DNA from: a virus
Virus record (IMG/VR): IMGVR_UViG_3300015245_000002
Span: 19,745-83,744 of that record
Direction: 5' to 3' (one strand)
Length of the DNA: 64,000 bases
Under the pieces are notes generated by a model. The model was not told where the DNA came from. It saw only the letters and a program-made list of their open reading frames with translations, and did no database searches. Below are positions 1-8,544 of this stretch, one piece after another. Both the position numbers and the translations under genes were made by a program. The stretch's first letter is position 1; each line of letters opens with the position of its first letter.

Positions 1-293
1 GCGGCCACGATCTCGAGCAGCGCCGGTGCAGCGTTGCGAAGGTCGGCGATCGCGATGGCATCGGAGGCGACGCCGAATGGAGAATTGCAGCAACCGCAGC
101 CACCGATCACGAGCGTAGCAGCGGTTCCCTGCTTGCTGTCATCGACAGTAATACTGACGTCTTCGGCGCTCGATGGCGCGATTTCGGTGTAGACAAGCTT
201 CTCATTCATCTCGTACTGCCATGAGCCAGCCTTCCAGGGACCGGCGGTCATGCTGGCTACGGACCGCTGCAATTCGTCGATGCTCGGCATCAT
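1..293 (-). CDS. Ead/Ea22-like phage early protein (3' end outside window)
   Basis: Translated by hand: MMPSIDELQRSVASMTAGPWK...DAIAIADLRNAAPALLEI; T-x-GPW and DA-x-x-IA-x-x-RNA-x-P-x-LL pattern of this phage family; AGGAGAG RBS upstream. Confidence 0.6.
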   Translation of the reverse strand, partial: MMPSIDELQRSVASMTAGPWKAGSWQYEMNEKLVYTEIAPSSAEDVSITVDDSKQGTAATLVIGGCGCCNSPFGVASDAIAIADLRNAAPALLEIVA

Positions 294-439
294 GTCGTCT
301 CTCCTTTGTCGGCCGTCGCTGGCGTCTGCTGCGCCCTCACGCCAGCCTCGAACCCTCGTCTGTGTGCCATCGCGAACAGGTACGTGTCCGCGATCCACAC
401 GGCGCCGACAGACACCGGAATCCACCACCAATGAATCAC
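290..439 (-). CDS. Small membrane protein (49 aa)
   Basis: MIHWWWIPVSVGAVWIADTYLFAM...; GTGA/ATGA overlaps with both neighbours. Confidence 0.55.
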   Translation of the reverse strand: MIHWWWIPVSVGAVWIADTYLFAMAHRRGFEAGVRAQQTPATADKGETT

Positions 440-684
440 GCCTCACCGCCATGTGGTCGCCCAGGCGTCAGCCAGCTCTGCGCCGCGATGGAAGCGGACA
501 AGCGGGCGTTCTCAGCCTCCAACTCGCAAACACGCCTCGCGGACCATTCCGCGCTGGCGAACCTCACCGCTGCCGCGAAGCGTTCCTCGCGGAGGTCGAT
601 GCGCAGCGCGGTGATGATGCGAGCCGATGACCGGATGGCTTGCAGCGCGACGAGGAGCGACAGGATGGCGAGGAGCGCGATCAT
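436..684 (-). CDS. Small protein with N-terminal hydrophobic helix and coiled coil
   Basis: ORF 436..684, MIALLAILSLLVALQAI; translationally coupled in operon. Confidence 0.6.
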   Translation of the reverse strand: MIALLAILSLLVALQAIRSSARIITALRIDLREERFAAAVRFASAEWSARRVCELEAENARLSASIAAQSWLTPGRPHGGEA

Positions 685-980
685 CAGGTGCCGCCCAGGA
701 TCCGAGAGATCACGGCGCGGGCTGCGTTGACCATAGACGTGTGTTTCCTGGACACGCTGTCGACGCAGCCGGCGACCGGGTTGTTACAGATCAGGCGATC
801 GGCGTATCTGAGCGCGTCGATGTCTGTGTCGGACAGTACAGATCGATCGTCGAGGCGTAACAGCAGTGCATCCCGCTCCGCCACCAACGCCGCGGCGACC
901 TGATGCGCATGATCGAGCTGAGCCGACATCTCCGCGACCGCCTGTACGTGTTCGCATCTCTCGTCGACGATGATAGTCAC
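684..980 (-). CDS. Hypothetical phage protein
   Basis: GTG at 980 overlaps TGA of upstream peptide gene (GTGA); MTIIVDERCEH... Confidence 0.6.
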   Translation of the reverse strand: MTIIVDERCEHVQAVAEMSAQLDHAHQVAAALVAERDALLLRLDDRSVLSDTDIDALRYADRLICNNPVAGCVDSVSRKHTSMVNAARAVISRILGGT

Positions 981-1231
981 TGCGGCTCCTCCGTGCCGCA
1001 CACGTCGCTGCCTCCGCCGCCGAGTGTGCCGCCGCCGCCGCCGGGCGGCCACGGACACACCGCTGGGCAACTCGCTCCGCCAGATCGACCGCCGCATCCG
1101 TCACTGCATGTGGCGTAGAAGGTGACCGGGACGGTCTGCGGTCCAGCGCCCCGCACGCCGCCAAGACTGGCAGACGCCAGGAGACGGATGGTGTCGGAAT
1201 TCAGGTGCAACTTCTTGTCGTGTCGCTTCAT
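977..1231 (-). CDS. RiPP (lanthipeptide-like) precursor peptide A1
   Basis: 29-aa leader MKRHDKKLHLNSDTIRLLASASLGGVRGA ending in GA double-glycine-type site; core with 5 Cys and 9 Ser/Thr; ATGA/GTGA coupling to both neighbours. Confidence 0.75.
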   Translation of the reverse strand: MKRHDKKLHLNSDTIRLLASASLGGVRGAGPQTVPVTFYATCSDGCGGRSGGASCPAVCPWPPGGGGGTLGGGGSDVCGTEEPQ

Positions 1232-1476
1232 TTGATCCCCATCGAGATTGTTTCAATCAGTTGCATGATCGGCACCCCTGTATTCCTGGAGCAAGCGGAC
1301 AACCTTGCGTACGTATCGCCCGACACCGATATGCTGCCGCGTGTGGATCGGTTGTGTGGCGATCGCTGCATCACGGCTCCGCACCGAGGACATGGCGCCG
1401 ATGGTGCAGCGAGCCCCAGGGTGCTGACGCTGATGCGCCCGTGACTGGGGCAAGTATATTTGGCCGGTCCGCTCAT
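1228..1476 (-). CDS. Zn-ribbon plus ribbon-helix-helix DNA-binding protein
   Basis: CPSH...CPRC then SISVSGDTYARLSACSRNTGVPIMQLIE (beta strand, helix, G, helix pattern). Confidence 0.6.
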   Translation of the reverse strand: MSGPAKYTCPSHGRISVSTLGLAAPSAPCPRCGAVMQRSPHNRSTRGSISVSGDTYARLSACSRNTGVPIMQLIETISMGIK

Positions 1477-1480
1477 GACG

Positions 1481-1735
1481 CTACGGAGATCCGCCGTTGC
1501 CGCAGTCGAGCGACGCAGCGTTGCACGTCGGCATGTTCACCGACATGAACTGGCACTGATTCGCTGTGCATGCAGCATCGAAGCTGTTGCAAGTCATGAC
1601 CCGCGAGCAGTCGCAGGTTGCACCGAACGTTGGGTTCGGCACGGATGCGCCGCCCCATGCCCTGCCGAGCTGCGGAGAGGTCAGTGAGCGGACCGCTTCT
1701 TTTCGAAGGTGTAGCCTTTGGGAGATCTTGTGCAT
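1481..1735 (-). CDS. RiPP (lanthipeptide-like) precursor peptide A2
   Basis: 29-aa leader MHKISQRLHLRKEAVRSLTSPQLGRAWGG ending in GG; core with 7 Cys and 11 Ser/Thr; AGAGGA RBS 4 nt before ATG. Confidence 0.75.
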   Translation of the reverse strand: MHKISQRLHLRKEAVRSLTSPQLGRAWGGASVPNPTFGATCDCSRVMTCNSFDAACTANQCQFMSVNMPTCNAASLDCGNGGSP

Positions 1736-1743
1736 GTTGTCCT

Positions 1744-2865
1744 CTAAAACGGTGAATCTGCCACTGGTTCGTCGTCAGTCGTGACGAGCTGCGGCTTGGT
1801 GTCGTATTCCTCGATCACTGTCGTAGACTTGCGCTCGGATCCGCCGGCGGCCCGAACCGCCTCGATCACGGCCTTCGCCGCGCCGCGCTTGCCCTTGAGC
1901 GCCGCGTCGAGCCGAGTCTTCGTGGCGACACGCGCGACCGCAGCGTCGGCCGTTGCTTGGTCGTGCAGCCGCTTGACGGTCTCGTAGACCACGTCACCGT
2001 CGAGCTTTTCGTTGCCGAGCTTGTGGTGCGGGCCGAATGTCTTGCCTAAGCGCAGTTGGATCGGTCGCTCAGCGGCCCGCGCATGCAACGCGGCGTTGAG
2101 CCTTGATACAACAATCTTGATCCGCTGCAGTAATTCATACGCCTCCGCCGCTTCGGTGTCGTCCTGGAACGGGATCATCGCTTCGATGCGTACCGCGATC
2201 TCTCCGGTTCCAGCCTGAATCGCGAGTGCTTTTTGTTCGGGGCACGACAAAAACGCGTGGCAGTATTTGCAGTGTGGTCCGGTACGCAACGTTTTGTCGG
2301 TTGAAATCAACATGTCCCGCAACCGAACGAAATGAGCGTCGAGTTCGAGCACGCCAAGTGTAGCGATGTCAGCAGGAAGCCACGACGCACCGAGATAGAC
2401 GATTGCTACGGTGACCTCGTCACGACCAGAAGCTCGAGCAACCGCGAGCGCTGCGCATGCGAGCTGCCGGTTGTCGGCTGCGGACGTGACTCGCTCAAAG
2501 CCCTTGTAGTCCACGACGAGGATTCGCCGCTCGCCGTAGACGATCAGGTCAATCGTCCCAGGGATCTCGAACGGTCGAAGTCCGGTGTAGTCGCGCCATG
2601 CGATGTGACCAAGAGCGCGCGCCGTGTCGTCGCTGGTGTCGATCGCCATGGCACATTCAGCCGACAGAACATCGCCGGGCTCGAGGAGCTTGCGTACCTG
2701 CCACGGAAGATCTTCGTTCGCGCCAAGCACCACCGCCGCTTCCGCATCCCCGTGCCGATCGTTGCCCTGATCAGCATACGTCGTGTGGTAGTCGTGCTGC
2801 GGCAGGTGAGCGGAGCCTGGGCATGCCAGGACGCGCTCCACGGACGAAAACGAATGACGGATCAT
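1744..2865 (-). CDS. PD-(D/E)XK exonuclease, Cas4/RecB-like (recombination)
   Basis: N-terminal SFSSVERVLACPGS, GTIDL...VVDYKG catalytic motif, QL motif, C-x2-C-x5-C cluster (HCKYCHAFLSCP); start at ATG 2865. Confidence 0.88.
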   Translation of the reverse strand: MIRHSFSSVERVLACPGSAHLPQHDYHTTYADQGNDRHGDAEAAVVLGANEDLPWQVRKLLEPGDVLSAECAMAIDTSDDTARALGHIAWRDYTGLRPFEIPGTIDLIVYGERRILVVDYKGFERVTSAADNRQLACAALAVARASGRDEVTVAIVYLGASWLPADIATLGVLELDAHFVRLRDMLISTDKTLRTGPHCKYCHAFLSCPEQKALAIQAGTGEIAVRIEAMIPFQDDTEAAEAYELLQRIKIVVSRLNAALHARAAERPIQLRLGKTFGPHHKLGNEKLDGDVVYETVKRLHDQATADAAVARVATKTRLDAALKGKRGAAKAVIEAVRAAGGSERKSTTVIEEYDTKPQLVTTDDEPVADSPF

Positions 2866-2867
2866 GG

Positions 2868-3179
2868 CTACGGCGCCTCGGTCCAGGAGCTCGGCGCCTC
2901 TTGGTCCACGACGAGTCTGTCGTGATGTTCCAGCGCGTCGCACAGCACGCCAATCACCTCTCCTTCGTTGCGCATGGCGATCGCCTTTCTGACCGCCTGC
3001 AGTACGACGCGCGCTGCATCGAGCTCGTTCATGATCGAGCGCAGCGCGTTCGATGCCTCGCCTTGCGGAGGATGCCAATGTTCGTCGTATCGCAGGATGC
3101 TGACCCTATAGTCACCAGATGGGACGACGAAGGTGAACTTGCCTCCATCAACACGGACACGGCGATCCTGATTGTTCAC
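2868..3179 (-). CDS. Hypothetical phage protein
   Basis: 103-aa ORF packed between nuclease and recombinase. Confidence 0.65.
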   Translation of the reverse strand: MNNQDRRVRVDGGKFTFVVPSGDYRVSILRYDEHWHPPQGEASNALRSIMNELDAARVVLQAVRKAIAMRNEGEVIGVLCDALEHHDRLVVDQEAPSSWTEAP

Positions 3180-4054
3180 GACACCTCACCCGTGCTTGCG
3201 TCGGATTGCGTCACGGGGACCACAGGCGGCATCGCTTCGACCGATGACGAACCGCCTGATGTAGGGCGCCGCTTGAGGTCTGCCACCTTGGCCTTGTACT
3301 TCGCGTTGATCGCCTCGTACGCGGGATGTCCGGGCTTGAGCCCGCGCTTGGAAAAGCGATTGGCAATCACTTGGCATTCGGACATCGAGTCTGCGACGTC
3401 CAGTTCGGCGAACTCCTGGTAGTCGCTGGTGTTGAACGGCGGTGGAGTCGTTTGTGCGTCGGTGAACTCGGCGTCGATGACATCGGATTGCGTAGCGGCG
3501 GATGAAGCCTGCGCCACAGTGCTCGGCTCGCGATCGGCGATCTCGTCACTGGTGAAGCAGCCAGCGAGCACGTCCGGGTAAACGTCGCGTGCGAGCTCTG
3601 ACTTCGCACGCGACGCCAGCATTGCGCGCGGAAAGGTCCGCCAGTTGTCCTTCTGGTGCAGCGCCGCTGACTTGGCCATCTCGATCGTCCACGTGCACTT
3701 CTGCTCGGGCTCTCCTCGGCGCTTCGTCACGTACGTGACGCTCCTGTCGGTCCCCTCGCCGGAACGGCGGAAGTACTCCGCCTTGCCACTGCCGAGCACG
3801 ACCGCGACCATGGCGTCTGCGGTCATCACCGGCTTGCCAGAGATGATGTTGAAGCTACGTAGCGACGCCATCGAGTACAGGCCGAGTTCCTGACCGGCCA
3901 TGATCTGCATCAGGACGTCTGGAACCTTGCCCTTGAGGGCGTCGGGCAGTAGGGAGGACTTCGCAAGACGTTCCGCGAGGTCAATCACTTCGGCGAGGGT
4001 GCGCGGAACGATAACCGTCGTAGTCTGGCGGACCAGTGCGTTTTCTTCGCTCAC
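3176..4054 (-). CDS. RecT-like single-strand annealing protein
   Basis: LPDALKGKVPDVLMQIMAGQELGL..SLRSFNIISGKP and W..FPRAML..RA....ARDVYPDVLAG motifs; next to exonuclease and SSB. Confidence 0.85.
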   Translation of the reverse strand: MSEENALVRQTTTVIVPRTLAEVIDLAERLAKSSLLPDALKGKVPDVLMQIMAGQELGLYSMASLRSFNIISGKPVMTADAMVAVVLGSGKAEYFRRSGEGTDRSVTYVTKRRGEPEQKCTWTIEMAKSAALHQKDNWRTFPRAMLASRAKSELARDVYPDVLAGCFTSDEIADREPSTVAQASSAATQSDVIDAEFTDAQTTPPPFNTSDYQEFAELDVADSMSECQVIANRFSKRGLKPGHPAYEAINAKYKAKVADLKRRPTSGGSSSVEAMPPVVPVTQSDASTGEVS

Positions 4055-4662
4055 CGCAGCACCTTGGCGATCTGCGCGACGGTGCGGTCATACGCTGACG
4101 AGCAGGAGATGAACGGGATCGCATCCTCGTCACCCGGCGGCGGAATGTCATCCGATGGCGGCGCCCCACTGTACATCTGACCGCTCTGACCGCCGGCGTC
4201 TTCCGCCAGTGCGGCACGCAGGGCAGCGTCGGAATCGGTCAGGTTCTCCTGGCTCGACGCCTTGAGTGGCGCCGGACCGCGACCGATGCTGTTCGGCTTC
4301 ACCCAGATCGGCGCAGGCCCAACCCTGCCGCCGCGGTCCCACTCGTCAAACCTCTTCCCCCTCCTCATCTCAATGTGCTTGATCTCGATGGTCGACTCGC
4401 CGCCGGTTGCCTTGACCCATTCTGCGACATCGCTCTCGATCGTGGCCAGCGTCTGGCATTTCCAGCCAACCGCCTTGCAGGTCCGCGCGATGTACGGCGC
4501 CTGCTTGTTGTTAACCGCCTCTTCGTACGTGTACATCTTCCCTTTGTGCTCACCCTTGGTGATCTCGACATTGATCCGAACCACCGGGATATTGCGACTG
4601 TCGTCTCCGTAAAAACCGTCGAGAACTTTGCATGGCCAAAAACCAGCTGCGATATCTGACAT
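4051..4662 (-). CDS. Phage ssDNA-binding protein (DUF669/gp2.5-like)
   Basis: Start ATG 4662; OB-fold-like N-terminus (INVEITKGEHKGK), acidic tail DDIPPPGDEDAIPF; position in recombination module. Confidence 0.65.
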   Translation of the reverse strand: MSDIAAGFWPCKVLDGFYGDDSRNIPVVRINVEITKGEHKGKMYTYEEAVNNKQAPYIARTCKAVGWKCQTLATIESDVAEWVKATGGESTIEIKHIEMRRGKRFDEWDRGGRVGPAPIWVKPNSIGRGPAPLKASSQENLTDSDAALRAALAEDAGGQSGQMYSGAPPSDDIPPPGDEDAIPFISCSSAYDRTVAQIAKVLR

Positions 4663-4993
4663 TTTTGTGTGTCCTTGTATTTTCCGTCGGTGGACCGCTG
4701 ACGAGTCGAACGTCAAAACCCGGTCGATCCAGATCTCGGCAGGCTGTCCTGGCTCAGCCTTGGGTGTCTCGTCCGTCCAGCTGGGATTAGCAGCATGCAG
4801 CCGGATCGGCACAACCGAGAAAGCGATTATAGCCCTAGAGCGGACTCGTTGGGCAAGAGTATAAGGCCGTCCGTGAGTGAGAACGCAACGCGGCAATGGG
4901 AGTGCGACTGAGTGTGGCATCCGCAAAGCTCGGCAACGGCGCTGCCGGATCTGGCGATCCAGACATCGATGTTGTGGCGAGACAGGGATACCT

Positions 4994-5200
4994 TCACGTC
5001 CGCACCACACGGCGCATGCGAACAGTTTCCTCGCGCCCGATCACTGGAATGCGAGATCCCAGCGATTGTCGACGGGGCCATGCCGACCAAACGATCAGGG
5101 CAGCGCACCCGATCGCGGTTCCGGTCATCGAGTACCATCCGGTCGACCAGAAGCTAACCTGGCCGACGAACAGGGCGAAGAGGACGAGCAGAGCGGTCAC
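4994..5200 (-). CDS. Small two-helix membrane protein
   Basis: VTALLVLFALFVGQVSFW...IGCAALIVW; GTGA overlap. Confidence 0.5.
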   Translation of the reverse strand: MTALLVLFALFVGQVSFWSTGWYSMTGTAIGCAALIVWSAWPRRQSLGSRIPVIGREETVRMRRVVRT

Positions 5201-5724
5201 TTGACGGCTCCGAGGAGGCGGTCGATGAGCGCGCATGCGACATGGACATCCCGGACTGCAGTTCCGACTCTCCAGTCGTGGCCACCCTCATCCAGGTGGA
5301 GGCGGATCAACTGAAACCCACGTAGTTCTGCGTCGGTAATCGTGTACGCACCGATCGGCGACGACGGCGCCAGCCGCAACCTCGCCAGTTCACGTAGCCA
5401 CGCCAGACCTCGCTCGACGCGAGCGGTCCGCATCGCCTGGTCCTCCAGGATCTTGATCTCAGTAGCGAGACCGTCATCGGTCGCAGTGGACTGCCTGCCG
5501 ATCCACCCCATGCCAGCGCGTTCTGCCTCGAGATCGGACTCCAACTTTCGGATGCGCTCTGCGTATAGCTTCGCTTCTTCGATGCGAGCCCACAGAGCCT
5601 CGCGAAGTGCCACAAACTCGGCGGTCCGCTCGTCCCTGCTCCGCTTGAGCTCATCCAGCGCATCGCGTAGTTGTGGATCGATTTCGGTCTGCAGCCAGCT
5701 GTCGAGATCGTCGTCGGTGATCAC
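5197..5724 (-). CDS. Hypothetical coiled-coil phage protein
   Basis: 175-aa ORF, helical heptad-rich N-half. Confidence 0.65.
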   Translation of the reverse strand: MITDDDLDSWLQTEIDPQLRDALDELKRSRDERTAEFVALREALWARIEEAKLYAERIRKLESDLEAERAGMGWIGRQSTATDDGLATEIKILEDQAMRTARVERGLAWLRELARLRLAPSSPIGAYTITDAELRGFQLIRLHLDEGGHDWRVGTAVRDVHVACALIDRLLGAVK

Positions 5725-5896
5725 GGTCCACCGTCCGGTAGCGACATGACGCCGTCAGCGCCGACGTACCCGCCGCGCAGGTTCGCGCCGCGCAGGACGA
5801 GCGATTCAACCGCTTCACGAATCGGCTGAGTCGACCCGTCTGGAACATCGACGGTGCGGATGCCTGCGTCGGTATAGCGGTTTTTGATTGTAACGA

Positions 5897-6262
5897 TCAT
5901 GGATTTCTCTCGATCTCTGTCGTGTCAGGCGGGACATTCGGCCACTGATCCGCGAGTGGCCGGTCGATGGACCATGGGTAATAAGTCTCACCGTGGGTCA
6001 ACATCGAAAGCCATCCCTCGGTATCGATCCACGCGTCGAGGGCATACCCGACCCGCGCGAGAGTTCTGGCTATGTGATCGATAGTCTCCGCGGCATCCGA
6101 GTCATTGCTCGGGACAATACCCTTGGTGGCTCCGCATCTACAACTGTAGCCGATCCAGAGATCGGACAGATCACCGGTATACTGGTACAGCGAACTCTCG
6201 AAATCGGTGCTAGTTCCATCGGCATAGGCGTACGACCACCGATGACTACACTTATCAGTCAC
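5897..6262 (-). CDS. Hypothetical phage protein
   Basis: 121-aa ORF with C-x-H and C-x-C residues, coupled to neighbour. Confidence 0.55.
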   Translation of the reverse strand: MTDKCSHRWSYAYADGTSTDFESSLYQYTGDLSDLWIGYSCRCGATKGIVPSNDSDAAETIDHIARTLARVGYALDAWIDTEGWLSMLTHGETYYPWSIDRPLADQWPNVPPDTTEIERNP

Positions 6263-6531
6263 CTCAACACCTCCTCCGGTATCCCTGCCGTGTTGACGTC
6301 ATCCGACATCATGGGCACGGCCTCCCGGCTCGCAATCACCGCTGCAATGTAGCCTCGCCGTTTCGACTGCATCAGGCCGCACGAAGCGGCCATGCTGCTA
6401 TCCGGATCCGGGCAGCTCATGGCGATCTCGCCGATGGCATCACACAGCGCGGCGATGGCAGGCATCGGACGGCTACCGGCCGCTGCGAGGGCATGCGCGG
6501 CCAGCGCCTTGATCAGTCCGTTGTCGGTCAC
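6259..6531 (-). CDS. Hypothetical phage protein
   Basis: GTG 6531 overlaps upstream stop; GGAGG RBS. Confidence 0.55.
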   Translation of the reverse strand: MTDNGLIKALAAHALAAAGSRPMPAIAALCDAIGEIAMSCPDPDSSMAASCGLMQSKRRGYIAAVIASREAVPMMSDDVNTAGIPEEVLR

Positions 6532-7133
6532 GATTTCACCTCCGTGCACGCCGCGTCCGTGCACGCCGCATCCACGATCGAAAGCCGCCGACCGATTCGC
6601 GAGGCCAGCCGAAGCGCGGCGTACAGCGCCGTGGTGATCTTCACGACCTCGACGGGTCGTCGATCCTCGAAGGCGACGTCGTCGGCAGGCGGCACCGCGA
6701 GATCCGCCGCGAGCTCGGCGACGGTCCGCCCGGTGATTGCCAGCGCGGCGCGACCAAACATGGCATCAAGCCTGTCCCGCGCTGCCAGCTCCGCGGCCAC
6801 GTCGGCGATGTGAAGCTGCAGCGCTCTTCGCGCCCGCTCGGAGCGCTGGAATGAATCACGCAGATCCAACAGCGTGCCGCAGAGCTGCAGGACATGGCGC
6901 GGCGACCCGAGCAGCATGCCGAGCTCCGGGCGAGACGGGTCGGCGGCGACGTCGGCCATGGCGAGCATGGAATCAGTGAGTCGACCGAAGTCCGGATCGT
7001 CGAGATCGGGCAGCGGGGTGACCGGCTCGCGGAGCGCCGGGAGATCCATGCGGGTCCCGGTGCGTGACATGATCTCGACAGCCTCGTAGGGCGCCGTAAG
7101 ATGGCCATCTTCGTCGTAAAACGGGTGAAGCAT
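6528..7133 (-). CDS. Hypothetical phage protein
   Basis: 201-aa ORF, AAGGA RBS, operon context. Confidence 0.6.
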   Translation of the reverse strand: MLHPFYDEDGHLTAPYEAVEIMSRTGTRMDLPALREPVTPLPDLDDPDFGRLTDSMLAMADVAADPSRPELGMLLGSPRHVLQLCGTLLDLRDSFQRSERARRALQLHIADVAAELAARDRLDAMFGRAALAITGRTVAELAADLAVPPADDVAFEDRRPVEVVKITTALYAALRLASRIGRRLSIVDAACTDAACTEVKS

Positions 7134-7178
7134 TTGCTGAATCCTTGTTGTGGAGCCGCGGGATGCGGCGCAGTCAGT

Positions 7179-7556
7179 TCAGTCGACGACCGGAAACTCG
7201 CACTCGGTGGCCGCGCTCCACGCGGCCCGAAACTCCTGCCGATCACTGCACAGATCGATCAGATCGCTTCCGGCGTCGCGATCGCTCGCTCGAAGGTCGC
7301 CGAGCCTGCCATAGAAGATCGCCCAGATCCTCGCCGTGGGCGACCGCGGATCATCTACGCCAACGAACGACTGCTCTGCGGTATCGCGCAGATACCTGAT
7401 CACGCAGGCGACCTCCGCGGCGCTCTGCTCCCGAGCGGTCACTGACTGGAACGCGACCCGGCTGTCGAGGCCGATTGCGGCATAGGAGGTATGGCGCAGC
7501 GCGTGGTCGGAAGTGGCGATGGCCACGCGCTGGCAGTGGGAGACGGCTGGGGTCAC
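7179..7556 (-). CDS. Hypothetical phage protein
   Basis: 125-aa ORF coupled to first PL gene. Confidence 0.55.
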   Translation of the reverse strand: MTPAVSHCQRVAIATSDHALRHTSYAAIGLDSRVAFQSVTAREQSAAEVACVIRYLRDTAEQSFVGVDDPRSPTARIWAIFYGRLGDLRASDRDAGSDLIDLCSDRQEFRAAWSAATECEFPVVD

Positions 7557-7762
7557 GACCGCACCTCGTCCCCGCCGAAAGTCGGAAGATCGCGGGTTCG
7601 CGTGCGGCCAATCGTCGGCAGCACCATAGTGACGGTGTGGCTCTCCGTGCGCATCGCAGCGCTCGGCGACGGCGGAGCCAATGTGCCCTGTGCGACGAGC
7701 TGATCACGCGGAGACCAGCCGGTGGGGAGGACTTCGGTGGTACGTCCGGGTCGGTTCGTCAT
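7553..7762 (-). CDS. First gene of leftward early operon (hypothetical, leaderless)
   Basis: ATG 7762 lies 6 nt after the predicted -10 box. Confidence 0.5.
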   Translation of the reverse strand: MTNRPGRTTEVLPTGWSPRDQLVAQGTLAPPSPSAAMRTESHTVTMVLPTIGRTRTRDLPTFGGDEVRS

Positions 7763-7819
7763 ATGCACACCGTGCACTCTCCAAGCCCCGCCGTCAACCC
7801 CTAAAATGCACTCTGTGCA
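7763..7819 (-). promoter_or_regulatory. PL-like promoter with two operators
   Basis: TTGACG (7797-7792), 17-nt spacer, CACGGT (7774-7769); palindromes TGCACACCGTGCA 7764-7776 and TGCACTCTGTGCA 7807-7819. Confidence 0.7.
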
Positions 7820-7831
7820 ACAGCCGCGAAT

Positions 7832-8035
7832 CTATTGAATGTTTCCCGTCGGGATCAACGCGGCTCGAGCGAGCAGATCGGCGGGGGACGTCACCGGGGT
7901 CTCGTAGATCGAGACGTAGACCAGCATCAGGTGCAGCACAATCTGAAATCTCGCCGGATCTATGGCGATCAGCTTACGAGCGGCCTCGGCGAGTGCCTCT
8001 AGCCCTGACTCCACTGCCACCGTGCGGATCGCCAT
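7832..8035 (-). CDS. Small protein downstream of repressor
   Basis: 67-aa ORF overlapping the repressor 3' end. Confidence 0.45.
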   Translation of the reverse strand: MAIRTVAVESGLEALAEAARKLIAIDPARFQIVLHLMLVYVSIYETPVTSPADLLARAALIPTGNIQ

Positions 8036-8462
8036 TGGTCGACGACACTACCGCAGTGAGCGATTTTGTCACAATGCCTCGTGCGATTTCTTTTTGCGCC
8101 ACCCCGTCGATCACATCCAGGGCTTCTGCTCTGGCAGCGTGTGCCGCAAGTTCCTCCTGTGCGCGACGTACAACAGCGAGCATTTCGGATGCCGCGCGTT
8201 CCGTCGGCGCGATGAAAAACGGAGGTGGTACGCCGAGCGCCGCGCTGATTCCGTTGGCGAGGGCCACGCTTCGACCGACACCGTCCTTGAATTTCGAGAT
8301 CGAATCAGACTTCCACTCATGACCGTTCGGTCGTCCAGCATGCGCGCTTGCAGCGCGTGCAATATCTGCGTTCTTGATCGAAGGGCTGTCGAGCAGTGGG
8401 ATCGCCTTGCGGAGCCACCACTCAGGTAGATCCGGGTTACCGGCTCGCTCTTTCCTAGACAT
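7974..8462 (-). CDS. CI-like XRE-family HTH repressor
   Basis: NADIARAAS...WKSDSISKFKDG..RSVALANGISAALGVPP HTH pattern; divergent from Cro-like gene; TAATAT -10 six nt before ATG (leaderless, as lambda cI). Confidence 0.72.
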   Translation of the reverse strand: MSRKERAGNPDLPEWWLRKAIPLLDSPSIKNADIARAASAHAGRPNGHEWKSDSISKFKDGVGRSVALANGISAALGVPPPFFIAPTERAASEMLAVVRRAQEELAAHAARAEALDVIDGVAQKEIARGIVTKSLTAVVSSTNGDPHGGSGVRARGTRRGRS

Positions 8463-8507
8463 TACAAAATATTACGCGATGACGCGTGGCTACAGGATAC
8501 ATGACCA

Positions 8508-8536
8508 TTGACGTTGCACGGTGCACACTGTACAAC
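8508..8536 (+). promoter_or_regulatory. PR-like promoter with overlapping operator
   Basis: TTGACG 8508-8513, 17 nt, TACAAC 8531-8536; operator TGCACACTGTACA 8522-8534. Confidence 0.72.
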
Positions 8537-8544
8537 GAACAGAG

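Noticed and set aside
1744-2865. Cas4-like nuclease as sign of a CRISPR-Cas system
   Set aside because: No repeat-spacer array or other cas genes; it sits with RecT-like and SSB genes as a recombination exonuclease.
6541-6572. CCGTGCACGCCGC tandem repeat as extra operator
   Set aside because: Contains only half-sites, not the TGCAC-N3-GTRCA palindrome; encodes ACTDA/ACTE within a gene.
173-7445. Long plus-strand ORFs over the left arm
   Set aside because: Arg/Ser/Pro-rich antisense shadows of the tightly coupled minus-strand operon, expected in high-GC DNA.
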